Source: Patescibacteria group bacterium (lineage in GTDB: Bacteria; Patescibacteriota; Minisyncoccia; Minisyncoccales; JAQTPW01). Taken from it: a DNA stretch of 64,000 bases. The notes beneath the pieces are model-generated. The model ran no database searches, was not told the origin of the DNA, and worked only from the letters and a program-made list of their open reading frames with translations. Below are positions 1 through 10,296 of the stretch, piece by piece; position 1 is the first letter of the stretch, and each line of letters opens with the position of its first letter. The stretch lies in assembly GCA_043804755.1 (NCBI GenBank), contig JAZDIT010000044.1, forward strand, positions 24 to 64,023. The letters run 5' to 3'. The position numbers and the translations under genes were made by a program.

Positions 1-4
1 TAAG

Positions 5-52
5 GAGCGAGCCCGAAGCCAAAGCGCCCGCGAAGCGGGAAAGGGCGAGCGA
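5..52 (+). repeat. GC-rich structured element upstream of rpsL (tandem GA pairs, GAA-triloop hairpin); possibly cut by window edge
   Basis: GA-GC-GA-GCCC(5-14) pairs with GGGC-GA-GC-GA(43-52); internal CCCGC-GAA-GCGGG (27-39). Confidence 0.5.
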
Positions 53-71
53 TTTTATTTGAATTATTACT

Positions 72-482
72 ATGCCAACAGTAAGACAATTAATTAAAAA
101 AGGAAGGGACAAAAAAAAGAAGCATACAAGAACGCCGGCTTTAAAATCCGGTTTTAATCCGTTGAAAAACCGGCCGAAGAAATTTTTATCTCCGTTTAAA
201 AGAGGAGTGTGCCTGAAGGTTTTTACCGTTACTCCCAAGAAGCCTAATTCGGCGCTGAGAAAAGTCTGCAGAGTACGCCTCACGAATCAAATGGAAGTTA
301 CGGCTTATATCCCGGGAGAAGGTCATAATTTGCAGGAACACTCAATCGTTCTAATAAGGGGAGGAAGAGTCAAGGATTTACCGGGTGTCAGATATCACGT
401 TGTCAGAGGAGTTTTGGATACGACCGGAGTTGAAAACAGAAAACAGGAAAGATCAAAATACGGAGTAAAAATGGCAAAGTAA
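72..482 (+). CDS. rpsL: 30S ribosomal protein S12
   Basis: MPTxxQL start, [23 protein letters not shown] motifs. Confidence 0.99.
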   Translation: MPTVRQLIKKGRDKKKKHTRTPALKSGFNPLKNRPKKFLSPFKRGVCLKVFTVTPKKPNSALRKVCRVRLTNQMEVTAYIPGEGHNLQEHSIVLIRGGRVKDLPGVRYHVVRGVLDTTGVENRKQERSKYGVKMAK

Positions 483-485
483 TCT

Positions 486-950
486 ATGTCAAAAAAGAAA
501 ACAAGAAAAATAATACCGCCGGACATGAAATACAATAACGTCACGGTCCAAAAATTCATCAATCAGGTTATGAAAGGCGGGAAAAAAACAATAGCCAAAA
601 AATTAGTTTATGGCGCTTTTGATATTTTGAAGGAAAAAACCAAAAAAGATCCTTTGGAAATTTTCGATTTGGCGATTAAAAACGCATCGCCGCTTCTTGA
701 GGTAAAACCCAAAAGAATCGGAGGGGCCACTTATCAGGTTCCGAGAGAAGTGAGAGGAGACAGAAAACTGACGCTTGCAATAAGATGGATAATCCAGGCG
801 ACCAAAGCCAAAAAAGGAGTTCCGTTTAAAATAAAATTAGCCGAGGAAATAACAAATGCTGCGAATAACACAGGATCAGCAGTGAGGAAAAAGGAAGATA
901 CTCACCGTATGGCCGAGGCCAACAGGGCCTTTGCTCACTTTGCCTGGTAA
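486..950 (+). CDS. rpsG: 30S ribosomal protein S7
   Basis: [22 protein letters not shown]; str operon order. Confidence 0.99.
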   Translation: MSKKKTRKIIPPDMKYNNVTVQKFINQVMKGGKKTIAKKLVYGAFDILKEKTKKDPLEIFDLAIKNASPLLEVKPKRIGGATYQVPREVRGDRKLTLAIRWIIQATKAKKGVPFKIKLAEEITNAANNTGSAVRKKEDTHRMAEANRAFAHFAW

Positions 951-955
951 GATTT

Positions 956-3061
956 ATGCCCAGACTTTATCCAATTGAGAAATACCGTGATTTCGGAATA
1001 ATAGCTCACATAGACGCCGGAAAAACTACAACTTCCGAGCGAGTTTTATTTTACACGGGATTAACCCATAAAATCGGCGACATTGACGAGGGTACGACAG
1101 TAATGGATTTCATGATTCAAGAAAGAGAAAGGGGGATCACGATACAGTCGGCAGCTACGACTTGTTTTTGGAAACCGAGAAAAGAATCGCAGGGTAAAGA
1201 AAACGAATACAGGTTAAATCTTATCGATACTCCCGGCCACATTGATTTTACGGCCGAAGTCCAGAGATCTTTGAGGGTTTTGGACGGAGCGGTTGTCGTT
1301 TTTGACGGAGTTGCCGGAGTTGAACCCCAGTCGGAAACCGTTTGGAGACAAGCCGATAAATTCGGAACGCCGAGAATTTGTTTCATAAACAAAATGGACA
1401 GGATGGGTGCCGATTTCGAGGCCAGTTTGAAATCGATTTGGCAAAAATTGACCCCGAATGCGGTTGCCCTCCAAATTCCGATAGGTGCACAGGAAGATTT
1501 TGCCGGAGTCATCGATCTGATGGATATGAAATCCTTGAGATTCCAGGGGGACATGGGAGAAATTGTTATTGAAGAAGAAATTCCCCAAGACCTTAAGGGG
1601 AAAGCCGCAGAGTGGAGAAATAAAATGATTGAAAAAATTGCGGCAGAAGATGAAATTTTGCTTGAGAAATTTTTGGCGAAAGAAGAAATATCTGTCGATG
1701 AAATGCGCAAAGTCTTAAGAAAATCCACCATTGCATGCAAACTGGTTCCGGTGCTTTGCGGTTCTTCGTTGAAAAATAAGGGAGTCCAGCCGGTGCTTGA
1801 TGCAGTTTGTTTCTATCTGCCAAGCCCCATAGATCTTCCTCCGGTAAAAGGTATAGATCCGAAAACCGGTCAGGAAACCCAGAGGAAGGCTGACGATTCG
1901 GAACCATTTTCAGCTCTTGCATTTAAAATTACGGCAGATCCTTATGTAGGAACGCTGACTTTTTTCAGAGTTTATTCCGGTACCTTGCTTAAAGGCTCAT
2001 ATCTTTTGAACACATCGACCGGTGAGAAAGAAAGAATCGGAAGAGTTCTGAGGTTGTATGCGAATGAAAGAGAAGAAGTCGAAGAGGTTTTTGCCGGAGA
2101 CATCGCAGCTACCGTCGGTCTGAAGAATACTTTTACCGGTCATACGTTGTGCGATGAAAATCATCCTATAATTTTGGAGAAAATTATATTCCCCGAACCG
2201 GTAATCTCCATCAAAATCGAACCTAAGACAAAAGCCGATCAGGAAAAAATGGGCATGGCTTTAAAGAAAATGTCCGAAGAAGATCCGACTTTCAAGGTCA
2301 AAGGGGATTTGGAAACGGGAGATACGGTTATTTCCGGAATGGGGGAATTACATCTTGACATAATTGTCGACAGGATGAAAAGAGAATTCAAGGTTGAAGC
2401 CAATGTCGGCAGGCCACAAGTTGCCTACAAAGAGACGATTCGTCAGGAAGCTGAAGCAGAAGGCAAATACATTAAGCAATCCGGCGGTCGCGGCCAGTAC
2501 GGACATGTCTGGCTGAGGGTTAAACCTAAGGAAAGGGGCCAGGGATTTGAATTTATAGATGGCATTAAGGGAGGAACGATACCGCGGGAATTCATACCTG
2601 CCGTTGAAAAGGGTGTGAAAGAAGCAATGGACAAGGGAGTCATCGCCGGTTATCCTTTCGTGGATGCGGAAGTGACTTTATACGATGGTTCATTCCATGA
2701 AGTTGATTCTTCAGAAGTCGCATTCAAAATCGCGGCTTCAATGGCTCTTCAGGAAGCGGCAAAAAGAGCAAAGCCGGTTTTATTGGAACCGATAATGAAA
2801 TTGGAAGTGATAGTCCCCGAAGAATTTTTCGGAGACGCGATAGGAGATTTATCATCAAGAAGAGGAAAAATCGAAGAAACAAAAGACAGGCTGAATCTGA
2901 AGGTAATCGACGTAAAGGTGCCTTTGTCGGAAATGTTCGGGTATGCGACGGCTTTGAGATCCTTGACAGAAGGCCGAGGAACTTTTACTATGGAATTTGA
3001 CCATTATGAAGAAGTCCCTCCGAATATCACGCAGGAAATAGTCGAGGGTAAGAGGAAATAA
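956..3061 (+). CDS. fusA: Elongation factor G
   Basis: [23 protein letters not shown] motifs; 701 aa. Confidence 0.99.
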   Translation: MPRLYPIEKYRDFGIIAHIDAGKTTTSERVLFYTGLTHKIGDIDEGTTVMDFMIQERERGITIQSAATTCFWKPRKESQGKENEYRLNLIDTPGHIDFTAEVQRSLRVLDGAVVVFDGVAGVEPQSETVWRQADKFGTPRICFINKMDRMGADFEASLKSIWQKLTPNAVALQIPIGAQEDFAGVIDLMDMKSLRFQGDMGEIVIEEEIPQDLKGKAAEWRNKMIEKIAAEDEILLEKFLAKEEISVDEMRKVLRKSTIACKLVPVLCGSSLKNKGVQPVLDAVCFYLPSPIDLPPVKGIDPKTGQETQRKADDSEPFSALAFKITADPYVGTLTFFRVYSGTLLKGSYLLNTSTGEKERIGRVLRLYANEREEVEEVFAGDIAATVGLKNTFTGHTLCDENHPIILEKIIFPEPVISIKIEPKTKADQEKMGMALKKMSEEDPTFKVKGDLETGDTVISGMGELHLDIIVDRMKREFKVEANVGRPQVAYKETIRQEAEAEGKYIKQSGGRGQYGHVWLRVKPKERGQGFEFIDGIKGGTIPREFIPAVEKGVKEAMDKGVIAGYPFVDAEVTLYDGSFHEVDSSEVAFKIAASMALQEAAKRAKPVLLEPIMKLEVIVPEEFFGDAIGDLSSRRGKIEETKDRLNLKVIDVKVPLSEMFGYATALRSLTEGRGTFTMEFDHYEEVPPNITQEIVEGKRK

Positions 3062-3077
3062 GGAGGGATTTACAACA

Positions 3078-3105
3078 TTGACAAATCGTTTAAAATCACT
3101 AAAAT
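3078..3105 (+). promoter_or_regulatory. sigma70-type promoter for tuf-rpsJ
   Basis: TTGACA-16 nt-TAAAAT. Confidence 0.6.
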
Positions 3106-3149
3106 AACATTATAACTTTAATAAGCTAAATAATTAAAAATACAAATCT

Positions 3150-4349
3150 ATGGCAGAAAAAGAAAAATTTTTGAGGGAAAAGCCTCACGTAAATATCGGA
3201 ACGATAGGCCACGTCGACCATGGTAAAACCACAACCGTGGCGGCGATTTTGCATGTTTTAAAACTGAATGGTTTTAAAGCAAACGAAAAAGGAGTCGATC
3301 AAATTGATGCTGCTCCCGAAGAGAAAGCAAGAGGATTGACGATTTCCATCTCGCATCTCGAATACGAGACTGCAAAAAGACACTATGCGCATATCGATTG
3401 CCCCGGCCACGCCGACTATATCAAAAACATGATTACCGGCGCCGCGCAGATGGATGGCGCAATTTTGGTGGTATCCGCTCCCGATGGCCCGATGCCTCAG
3501 ACGAGGGAACACATAATTTTGGCGAGACAGGTCGGATTGCCCGCTTTGGTAGTTTTTCTGAACAAGGTTGATGCGGTTGATGATCCGGAAATCATTGATT
3601 TGGTTGAAAGCGAGGTGAGAGAGCTTTTGAAGAAATACGAATTCCCCGGAGATGAAATTCCGATAATACGCGGATCCGCGCTGAAAGCAATCGCGGCCAC
3701 ATCGGCCGATGATCCTGCCGCAAAAGCGATTATGGACTTGATGAACGCGGTTGACACTTATATTCCCACACCGGTCCGTGAAACCGACAAGCCGTTTTTG
3801 ATGGCTGTCGAAGATGTGTTCACGATCGAAGGCAGGGGAACTGTCGCGACGGGAAGAATAGAAAGAGGAATTGTAAAACCCAATGACGAAGTTGAATTAG
3901 TCGGGATCAAGCCGACTTCCAAAACGACTGCAGTCAGCGTCGAAATGTTCAATAAAATGCTGGATGAAGGAATGGCGGGCGATAATGTCGGAATTTTGTT
4001 AAGAGGTTTGAAAAAAGAAGATGTGGAAAGAGGACAAGTCCTGGCAAAGCCGGGATCCAGTACTCCCCATGAAGAGTTTGATGGCAAGGTTTACGTATTG
4101 TCGAAGGAAGAAGGCGGAAGACATACTCCTTTCTTCACCGGCTATAAACCCCAGTTGTATTTCAGAACTACTGATATAACCGGAGATGTTACTTTGCCGG
4201 AAGGCACGGAAATGGTCATGCCCGGAGACACTGCGCAATTGAAAATAAAATTAATCGCTCCAATCGCCATGGAAGAAAACCAGAGATTCGCGATAAGAGA
4301 AGGAGGAAAGACGGTGGGTGCCGGAGTGATTACCAAGATAATAAAATAA
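3150..4349 (+). CDS. tuf: Elongation factor Tu
   Basis: [31 protein letters not shown]. Confidence 0.99.
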   Translation: MAEKEKFLREKPHVNIGTIGHVDHGKTTTVAAILHVLKLNGFKANEKGVDQIDAAPEEKARGLTISISHLEYETAKRHYAHIDCPGHADYIKNMITGAAQMDGAILVVSAPDGPMPQTREHIILARQVGLPALVVFLNKVDAVDDPEIIDLVESEVRELLKKYEFPGDEIPIIRGSALKAIAATSADDPAAKAIMDLMNAVDTYIPTPVRETDKPFLMAVEDVFTIEGRGTVATGRIERGIVKPNDEVELVGIKPTSKTTAVSVEMFNKMLDEGMAGDNVGILLRGLKKEDVERGQVLAKPGSSTPHEEFDGKVYVLSKEEGGRHTPFFTGYKPQLYFRTTDITGDVTLPEGTEMVMPGDTAQLKIKLIAPIAMEENQRFAIREGGKTVGAGVITKIIK

Positions 4350-4388
4350 GACCTGATTTTTTAGGAACGCCTTACCGATTTACGCAAA

Positions 4389-4724
4389 ATGGCAAAGCCG
4401 AAAACAGAAGCAACCGAAAACAAAGCAAAGATCCGCATCAAATTGCGGGCTTACGATCACAAAGTGATCGACAGTTCAGCAAAACAAATTGTTGAAACCG
4501 CTTTGCGCTATGGTGCCGAAGTTTCCGGGCCTGCGCCGCTGCCGACAGAAATCAACAAGTATACGGTAAACAGATCTTCCTTTGTCCATAAAGATGCGCG
4601 GGAACAGTTTGAAATGAGGATGCACAAGAGATTGATTGACATACTGAATCCGAATCAGAAAGTGATAGACGCCCTGATGAGCTTAAACCTTCCTGCAGGA
4701 GTGGACATTGAGATAAAAATGTAA
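4389..4724 (+). CDS. rpsJ: 30S ribosomal protein S10
   Basis: [32 protein letters not shown]. Confidence 0.99.
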   Translation: MAKPKTEATENKAKIRIKLRAYDHKVIDSSAKQIVETALRYGAEVSGPAPLPTEINKYTVNRSSFVHKDAREQFEMRMHKRLIDILNPNQKVIDALMSLNLPAGVDIEIKM

Positions 4725-4727
4725 TTG

Positions 4728-4751
4728 AAAACCCGCCGCAAGGCGGGTTTT
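4728..4751 (+). terminator. Rho-independent (bidirectional-type) terminator after rpsJ
   Basis: AAAACCCGCC-GCAA-GGCGGGTTTT. Confidence 0.85.
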
Positions 4752-4845
4752 GGTTTATACTTGAAATAAAATCGCATTCAGGATTTCTTTGATATTGGTT
4801 GACGGATATAGATTTATATTTTATCGTTTAAGAAAGGAGGGACGT

Positions 4846-4875
4846 ATGTCGTATTTTTATCTAGCTTCAGCGTGA
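4846..4875 (+). CDS. Putative 9-aa peptide MSYFYLASA
   Basis: Strong SD AGAAAGGAGG (4831-4840) 5 nt before ATG; upstream TTGACG-17-TATCGT; no homology evidence. Confidence 0.35.
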   Translation: MSYFYLASA

Positions 4876-5009
4876 GGCTGCCCAAAACCGCAAGACTATC
4901 CAGGTATGTAATTTCTGATTGGCAACTAGTCTTGTCGCCGGTATTCAGCAGCCTAACCCAATATGCCCGTTTATCTGTCTGTTGAAACATACCAACAGCT
5001 CTAAACGGG
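4875..5009 (+). ncRNA. Putative structured RNA (two long hairpins)
   Basis: AGGCTGC/GCAGCCT enclosing GCAAGACTA/TAGTCTTGT; CCCGTTTA/TAAACGGG enclosing CTGTTG/CAACAG, followed by T-tract. Confidence 0.45.
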
Positions 5010-5024
5010 TCCTTTTTATTTTTT

Positions 5025-5051
5025 CCGCCGAAAGGCGGGTTTTGGTTTATA
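5025..5051 (+). terminator. Second copy of rpsJ terminator
   Basis: CCGCC-GAAA-GGCGGGTTTTGGTTTATA, 26/27 identical to 4733-4759. Confidence 0.75.
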
Positions 5052-5114
5052 GCTTAAATTTACCCGACAGGATTAAGATGGGTTTTCTAAATATTCTTGA
5101 ACTGGGGAAAACTG

Positions 5115-5143
5115 TTGACATTATGTTTGGCTTAATATATACT
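5115..5143 (+). promoter_or_regulatory. sigma70-type promoter for rplC operon
   Basis: TTGACA-17 nt-TATACT. Confidence 0.8.
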
Positions 5144-5258
5144 TTCTTTATGAGTATACTATCTACATCCTTCGTCTGTTGACGAAAGATTAGAACAAGT
5201 ACTAACCGTTTTAATTCGCGGGGTTAGTGCCCCGTGTTTTGTTGAAGAAACAAAAAGA

Positions 5259-5849
5259 ATGAAATTCATCATAGGAAAAAAAGTCGGAATGACGCAAATG
5301 TTTGATGAAAAAGGGAATATAACACCCCTGACTTTGATTGAAGCCGGCCCATGCGAAGTTTTGCAGTTAAAGAATATGGAAAAAGATGGCTATGAAGCTA
5401 CTCAGATTGGTTTTCAAAAAATAGAAAAGGCAAAAAGAATCAAAAAACCGCAAACCAGCAAACCTTTCAAGTTTATGAAAGAATTCAAGGGAGAAAACCT
5501 GAAAGTCGGAGATAAAATAGACGTTTCGGTTTTTAAAGAAGGAGACAAGGTGAAAATATCCGGAATTTCAAAAGGAAAAGGTTTCCAGGGGCCGATGAAG
5601 CGCCATGGTTTTCATGGCAGAGCTTCGGTAAGCCACGGTACGAAACACGAATTGAGAACTCCGGGATCCACCGGCTCTTCAATGCCGGAGCACGTTGCCA
5701 AGGGAAAGAAAATGGCCGGTCACATGGGGGCCGAAAGAGTGAGCGTTAAGGGTTTGAAAATAATGAAAATTGATTTGGAGAATAATTTGATAGCAATAAA
5801 GGGAGCAGTCCCCGGAAGAAGGGGGACTTTATTGGAAATAAAAGGATAA
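5259..5849 (+). CDS. rplC: 50S ribosomal protein L3
   Basis: GKKVGMTQ, SKGKGFQG, KMAGHMG. Confidence 0.99.
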   Translation: MKFIIGKKVGMTQMFDEKGNITPLTLIEAGPCEVLQLKNMEKDGYEATQIGFQKIEKAKRIKKPQTSKPFKFMKEFKGENLKVGDKIDVSVFKEGDKVKISGISKGKGFQGPMKRHGFHGRASVSHGTKHELRTPGSTGSSMPEHVAKGKKMAGHMGAERVSVKGLKIMKIDLENNLIAIKGAVPGRRGTLLEIKG

Positions 5850-6481
5850 TGGTTAAAATAACAGCTTACAACCAGGAAGGGGAAGAAACGACAGAAGTCC
5901 TTTTGCCGAAGGAGGTTTTTGAAGTTAAAATGAACCCGGATTTGATACACCAGATAATTGTTTCACAGCTGTCTAACCAAAGGCAGGTTATTGCCAGCAC
6001 CAAAACCAGAAGCGAGGTTTCGGGAGGAGGCAGAAAACCATGGAGACAGAAAGGAACGGGTCGCGCGAGGCACGGTTCGACCAGATCTCCTTTGTGGCGC
6101 CATGGCGGGATAACTTTTGGGCCGAGAAACAAGGTTGTTTTCAAAAGAGAAATTCCCGAAAAGATGAGAAAAACGGCTCTTTTTATAGCGTTATCGGATA
6201 AAGTAAAAGACAATCTGCTGATAGTTTTGGATGATTTAAAATTGGAAAAGACAAAGACCAAAATTATGGCAGGCATTTTAAATAAACTTCCCTTAAAGGG
6301 AAAAACAGCATTGATTGTTTTGCCGAAAATGGAAAAGAGTTTGATCTCGGCTTCCCGCAATATCCCCGGAATCGGCACAACTCAGGCCAAAGATCTGAAT
6401 TGTCTGGACGTGCTTTCATATAAATACCTGATTTTATTAAAGGACAGCATAAAAGTAATAAAGGAAATTCTTTGTAAATAA
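5849..6481 (+). CDS. rplD: 50S ribosomal protein L4
   Basis: SGGGRKPWRQKGTGRARHGS. Confidence 0.99.
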   Translation: MVKITAYNQEGEETTEVLLPKEVFEVKMNPDLIHQIIVSQLSNQRQVIASTKTRSEVSGGGRKPWRQKGTGRARHGSTRSPLWRHGGITFGPRNKVVFKREIPEKMRKTALFIALSDKVKDNLLIVLDDLKLEKTKTKIMAGILNKLPLKGKTALIVLPKMEKSLISASRNIPGIGTTQAKDLNCLDVLSYKYLILLKDSIKVIKEILCK

Positions 6482-6486
6482 AAGTT

Positions 6487-6879
6487 ATGGCTTTTAATAT
6501 TTTTAAAAAAGAGGAATCCGGTGCGAAAGAAGTTGCGGTTCCGAAAAGCGAGGAGAAAAAAGAAAAAACAGCGAGAACGCCGAAAGGAAAGAGGCCCGGT
6601 TTTGCCTGGAGGATTCTAAAAGCTGCGCATGTCACCGAAAAAGCAACCGATTTATCCAATAAGGACAAGTATATTTTCAACGTTTACAAGAATGCAAATA
6701 AAAACGAAATACGGAAAGAAGTAGAAAACATATACGGCGTAAATGTCGTTTCTGTGAACATAATCAACGTCCATGGAAAGAAAAGAAGATTGGGAAAGAC
6801 CATGGGAATCAAGCCGGGATACAAGAAAGCGATCGTCGGAATACAAAAAGGACAAAAAATAGAACTGATGCCGAGATAA
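6487..6879 (+). CDS. rplW: 50S ribosomal protein L23 (N-terminal extension)
   Basis: VTEKA, ANKNEIR, YKKAIV; operon position. Confidence 0.97.
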   Translation: MAFNIFKKEESGAKEVAVPKSEEKKEKTARTPKGKRPGFAWRILKAAHVTEKATDLSNKDKYIFNVYKNANKNEIRKEVENIYGVNVVSVNIINVHGKKRRLGKTMGIKPGYKKAIVGIQKGQKIELMPR

Positions 6880-6891
6880 TTTTAAACAAGT

Positions 6892-7683
6892 ATGGTTTAT
6901 TCGAAATTATTTACAAAAAAAGAACCCGAAAAAAGATTGCTTTTGTCTTTGAGAAGAAAGGCGGGACGCTCCACTTCATCGGGAAGAATAACGGTCAGGC
7001 ATCAGGGAGGCGGCGTGAAAAGACTTTACAGGATAATCGATTTCGGTCAGGAAAAAATAAACGTTCCGGGCAAAATTTCGGCCATTGAATACGATCCCAA
7101 CAGAACTTCTTTCATAGGTTTGGTAGAATATAATGACGGCGATAAAAGATATGTTATTTTGGCCAAAAATTTAAATGTGGGAGATTCAGTAATTTGTGCC
7201 GATAATACGGAATTGAAAATCGGCAATCGGACAAAACTGAAAAATATACCAATCGGTACGGAAGTTTATAATATAGAAATCGAGCCCGGAAAAGGCGGAA
7301 AACTCGTGCGGGGAGCGGGAACTGCAGCAAAAGTTATCGCCCAGGAGCCTCCGTTTACGCATTTGGAAATGCCGTCGGGGGAAAGCAGAAAATTTCCTCA
7401 GGAAAGTTTTACTTCATTGGGAGTAGTTTCGCACGAAAAGCACACATTCGAAATTTTGGGTAAAGCAGGTCTTAACAGAAAGAAAGGAATCAGGCCGACA
7501 GTACGCGGAACCGCGATGAATCCCGTTGACCACCCCCACGGAGGGGGAGAAGGAAAGACAACGACCGGGTTGAAGTATTCGAAGACGCCCTGGGGTAAGC
7601 CGGCACGGGGAGTCAAAACCAGAAAGAGATTTTGGACAGACAGATTTATTCTTAAGAGAAGACAAAAAAAGAACAAGAAATAA
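6892..7683 (+). CDS. rplB: 50S ribosomal protein L2
   Basis: GRITVRHQGGG, EYDPNR, MNPVDHPHGGGEG. Confidence 0.99.
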   Translation: MVYSKLFTKKEPEKRLLLSLRRKAGRSTSSGRITVRHQGGGVKRLYRIIDFGQEKINVPGKISAIEYDPNRTSFIGLVEYNDGDKRYVILAKNLNVGDSVICADNTELKIGNRTKLKNIPIGTEVYNIEIEPGKGGKLVRGAGTAAKVIAQEPPFTHLEMPSGESRKFPQESFTSLGVVSHEKHTFEILGKAGLNRKKGIRPTVRGTAMNPVDHPHGGGEGKTTTGLKYSKTPWGKPARGVKTRKRFWTDRFILKRRQKKNKK

Positions 7684-7704
7684 GTTTTAATATTCAAAAT
7701 AAAC

Positions 7705-8043
7705 ATGTCTAGATCACTTAAAAAAGGTCCCTTTGTCGATCAAAGACTTCTGGAAAAAATTCAGAAGCTGAAACCGGATTCAAAGGATATCATAAAAACC
7801 TGGAAAAGAGCCTGTTCCATTACGCCGGAAATGGTTGGTTTTACTTTCGGAGTGCATAACGGAAAGGATTTCATAACCGTAAAAGTGAATGAAGATATGG
7901 TAGGCCACAAACTGGGCGAGTTTTCCCCGACGACTAAATTTTCAAGACATGGAGGAAGAATGCAAAGGGAATTGGAATCCAAAGTGGTTGAAAAAGAGGC
8001 CGTAAAGGTTGAAGAAGTAAAGAAAGAACCTAAAGCAAAATAA
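7705..8043 (+). CDS. rpsS: 30S ribosomal protein S19
   Basis: [24 protein letters not shown]. Confidence 0.99.
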   Translation: MSRSLKKGPFVDQRLLEKIQKLKPDSKDIIKTWKRACSITPEMVGFTFGVHNGKDFITVKVNEDMVGHKLGEFSPTTKFSRHGGRMQRELESKVVEKEAVKVEEVKKEPKAK

Positions 8044-8090
8044 GAACCTGCGCAAGCGTAGAACCTTGATTCTTCGCTCCGCTCAGAAAA
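8041..8090 (+). repeat. TAAGAACC stop-codon-anchored repeat, locus 1 (rpsS-rplV)
   Basis: TAAGAAC-CTGCGC-AA-GCGTAG-AACCTTGATTCT-TCGCTCCGCTC-AGAAAA. Confidence 0.9.
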
Positions 8091-8095
8091 AAATT

Positions 8096-8620
8096 ATGAT
8101 TGCCACCGCAAAGCTTAAATATTTAAGGATAGCTCCCAGAAAAGTCAGGCTCGTAGCGGATTTGATAAGAGGAAAAAGAACTGATAGGGCTCAGGCCGTT
8201 TTGAGCTTTGCGAACAAAAAATCGGCACTAATTATCCTTAAACTTTTAAAACAGGCGATAGCCAACGCAAAAAACAATTTGCATCTGGACGAGTCAAATT
8301 TATACATATCGAAAATAACAGTTGACGGAGGACCTATGCTGAAAAGATTCCGGCCGCGAGCCAGAGGGTCAGCTTATGAAATTCAGAAAAAAACTTCGCA
8401 TATCCTGATCGTCCTCGATGAAATTGAAAAAAGAGGGAAAAAAGAAAAAATCGTCAGAGAACCTGTAAAGGCGGAAGAAGAAGTGGCCGCTGAAAAACCG
8501 CAGGAAAAATCCGGTGAGGAAGTGACGGCGAAAAAATCGAAAATGAAAGTGGAAAAAGAAATCGCAAGGCCGAGAACAGGAAAGGGAACCACTAAAATTT
8601 TCAGAAGGAAATCTTTTTAG
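8096..8620 (+). CDS. rplV: 50S ribosomal protein L22 (charged C-terminal extension)
   Basis: IAPRKVRLVADLIRG, PRARG; ATG 8096 preferred over TTG 8066, which lies inside the repeat. Confidence 0.97.
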   Translation: MIATAKLKYLRIAPRKVRLVADLIRGKRTDRAQAVLSFANKKSALIILKLLKQAIANAKNNLHLDESNLYISKITVDGGPMLKRFRPRARGSAYEIQKKTSHILIVLDEIEKRGKKEKIVREPVKAEEEVAAEKPQEKSGEEVTAKKSKMKVEKEIARPRTGKGTTKIFRRKSF

Positions 8621-8623
8621 AAT

Positions 8624-9277
8624 ATGACACACAAAGTTCACCCTAAAATTTTTCGGATAAGAGTAACGGCGGATTGGGATTCGAGATGGCTGGATAAAAA
8701 GAGATTTGTTTACAATTTGGAAGAGGATTATAGAATCCGCGAATTTTTAAATAAAAAACTGGCCAAAGTCGGAATAGAAAAAATTGAAATCGAGAGAGCA
8801 CCTGGAAAGGTTAATGTAATCTTATCCAGCGCGCGGCCTGGTTTGATTTTCGGAAGAGGAGGTGCGGGCATCGAAGAAATAAAGAAGGAAATAAGCAGAA
8901 AGATATTGAAAAAAGTGGCCGGGAAAGTTCCCGAATTCAGGCTGGAAGTGAAGGAAATCAGAAATCCCTGGTTGTCCTCGACCTTATCTGCACAATATAT
9001 AGCCCAGCAGCTTGAAAAAAGAATGCCGTTCAGGAGAGTTTTGAAGCAGGTTATGGGTAAAATTACCGCGAATAAAGAGGTAAAGGGAGCAAGGATAAAT
9101 GTCGGAGGCAGATTGGACGGATCGGAAATAGCAAGAAAGGAAGTCATGAAACAGGGTCGGCTTCCCCGCCAGACGATAAGAGCCGACATAGATTATGGAA
9201 CCGCGGAAGCTAATTGTACTTATGGAATAATCGGGATTAAAATCTGGATATATAAAGGAGAAAAATTCGAATCATAA
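8624..9277 (+). CDS. rpsC: 30S ribosomal protein S3
   Basis: KVHPKIFR, ARPGLIFGRGG, GRLDGSEIAR. Confidence 0.99.
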   Translation: MTHKVHPKIFRIRVTADWDSRWLDKKRFVYNLEEDYRIREFLNKKLAKVGIEKIEIERAPGKVNVILSSARPGLIFGRGGAGIEEIKKEISRKILKKVAGKVPEFRLEVKEIRNPWLSSTLSAQYIAQQLEKRMPFRRVLKQVMGKITANKEVKGARINVGGRLDGSEIARKEVMKQGRLPRQTIRADIDYGTAEANCTYGIIGIKIWIYKGEKFES

Positions 9278-9298
9278 TGAAAAATACAAACGAAATTC

Positions 9299-9703
9299 AT
9301 GTTGCAACCAAAAAGAGTAAAACATAGAAAATGGAAAAAAGGAGTATCAATCGGTATTGAAACGCGGGGGACGACTTTGGTTTTCGGAACGTACGGATTG
9401 AAAAGCATGGGTTCATCTTTTATTACGGCAAGGCAATTGGAAGCAGCAAGACGCACCATTTTGAGATATTTGAAAAAGGGCGGAAAATTTTGGATAAGAA
9501 TTTTTCCCGATAATCCGGTTACAAGCAAAGGATCGGAAGTTCCGATGGGAGGCGGGAAAGGAATGGTTGACCATTACGCGGCCCACGTGAATCCTGGAAG
9601 AATAATTTTCGAACTGGAAGGGTTGAAGGAGGAGGTTGCCAAAGTGGCTTTGGGCATGGCTGCCGATAAATTGTCGGTAAAAACAAAATTTGTTAAAAGA
9701 TAA
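9299..9703 (+). CDS. rplP: 50S ribosomal protein L16
   Basis: MLQPKRVKHRK, WIRIFPD, MGGGKG. Confidence 0.99.
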   Translation: MLQPKRVKHRKWKKGVSIGIETRGTTLVFGTYGLKSMGSSFITARQLEAARRTILRYLKKGGKFWIRIFPDNPVTSKGSEVPMGGGKGMVDHYAAHVNPGRIIFELEGLKEEVAKVALGMAADKLSVKTKFVKR

Positions 9704-9767
9704 GAATCTTACCTTCGGTAAGAGTCTTGATTCCATAAATTTCACTACGTTCAATTTATGAAAATAA
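9701..9767 (+). repeat. TAAGAACC stop-codon-anchored repeat, locus 2 (rplP-rpmC), divergent
   Basis: TAAGAAT-CTTACC-TTC-GGTAAG-AGTCTTGATTC-CATAAATT-TCACTACGTTC-AATTTATG-AAAATAA. Confidence 0.8.
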
Positions 9768-9771
9768 AAAA

Positions 9772-9960
9772 ATGAAAATCAGCGAATTACGTCAAAAATC
9801 AAAAGATGAATTGAAAAAAATTTCTGATGATAGCCGGGAGAAATTGAGGCAGTTGAGATTTGATTTAGCCTCAGGCAAAGTGAAGAATGTACGCGAGATA
9901 CGTCAGATAAAAAAAGACATCGCGAGAATAATGACATTATTTAAACAAAATCTTAAATAA
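9772..9960 (+). CDS. rpmC: 50S ribosomal protein L29
   Basis: ELRQKS, LRF, IKKDIARIMT. Confidence 0.97.
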   Translation: MKISELRQKSKDELKKISDDSREKLRQLRFDLASGKVKNVREIRQIKKDIARIMTLFKQNLK

Positions 9961-9965
9961 TATTT

Positions 9966-10295
9966 ATGGCAAAAAAGCAACTAAAAGGAAAAATTGTTTC
10001 GAATAAAATGCTGGAAACGGTCGTTGTTAAGATTGTAAGGATAAAAGAACACAAAAAATACAAAAGGCGTTACAAGACGCAAAAGAAATACAAGGCCGAT
10101 ACCCTGAAAAAGGTTTATAATGTCGGTGATACGGTTTTGATAGAAGAATGCAGCCCGATTTCCAAAGACAAAAAATGGAAAGTCATTAAAAGATTGGCGG
10201 AAAGCAAGTTGATTGAGGCGGAAGAGATTATTGAGCCGGAAATCGAAAAAAAAGAGGAAATAAAGACAGAAGAAAAAACAACAGAGGTAAAATAA
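9966..10295 (+). CDS. rpsQ: 30S ribosomal protein S17
   Basis: GKIVSNKM, GDTVLIEECSPISKDK. Confidence 0.97.
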   Translation: MAKKQLKGKIVSNKMLETVVVKIVRIKEHKKYKRRYKTQKKYKADTLKKVYNVGDTVLIEECSPISKDKKWKVIKRLAESKLIEAEEIIEPEIEKKEEIKTEEKTTEVK

Positions 10296-10296
10296 A

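Noticed and set aside
4347-4388. TAAGACCTG... after tuf as another repeat copy
   Set aside because: Lacks the second AAGAACC and the hairpin pattern; similarity too weak.
4919-5182. 87-aa ORF between rpsJ and rplC
   Set aside because: TTG start, runs through a terminator and a promoter, no recognisable homology.
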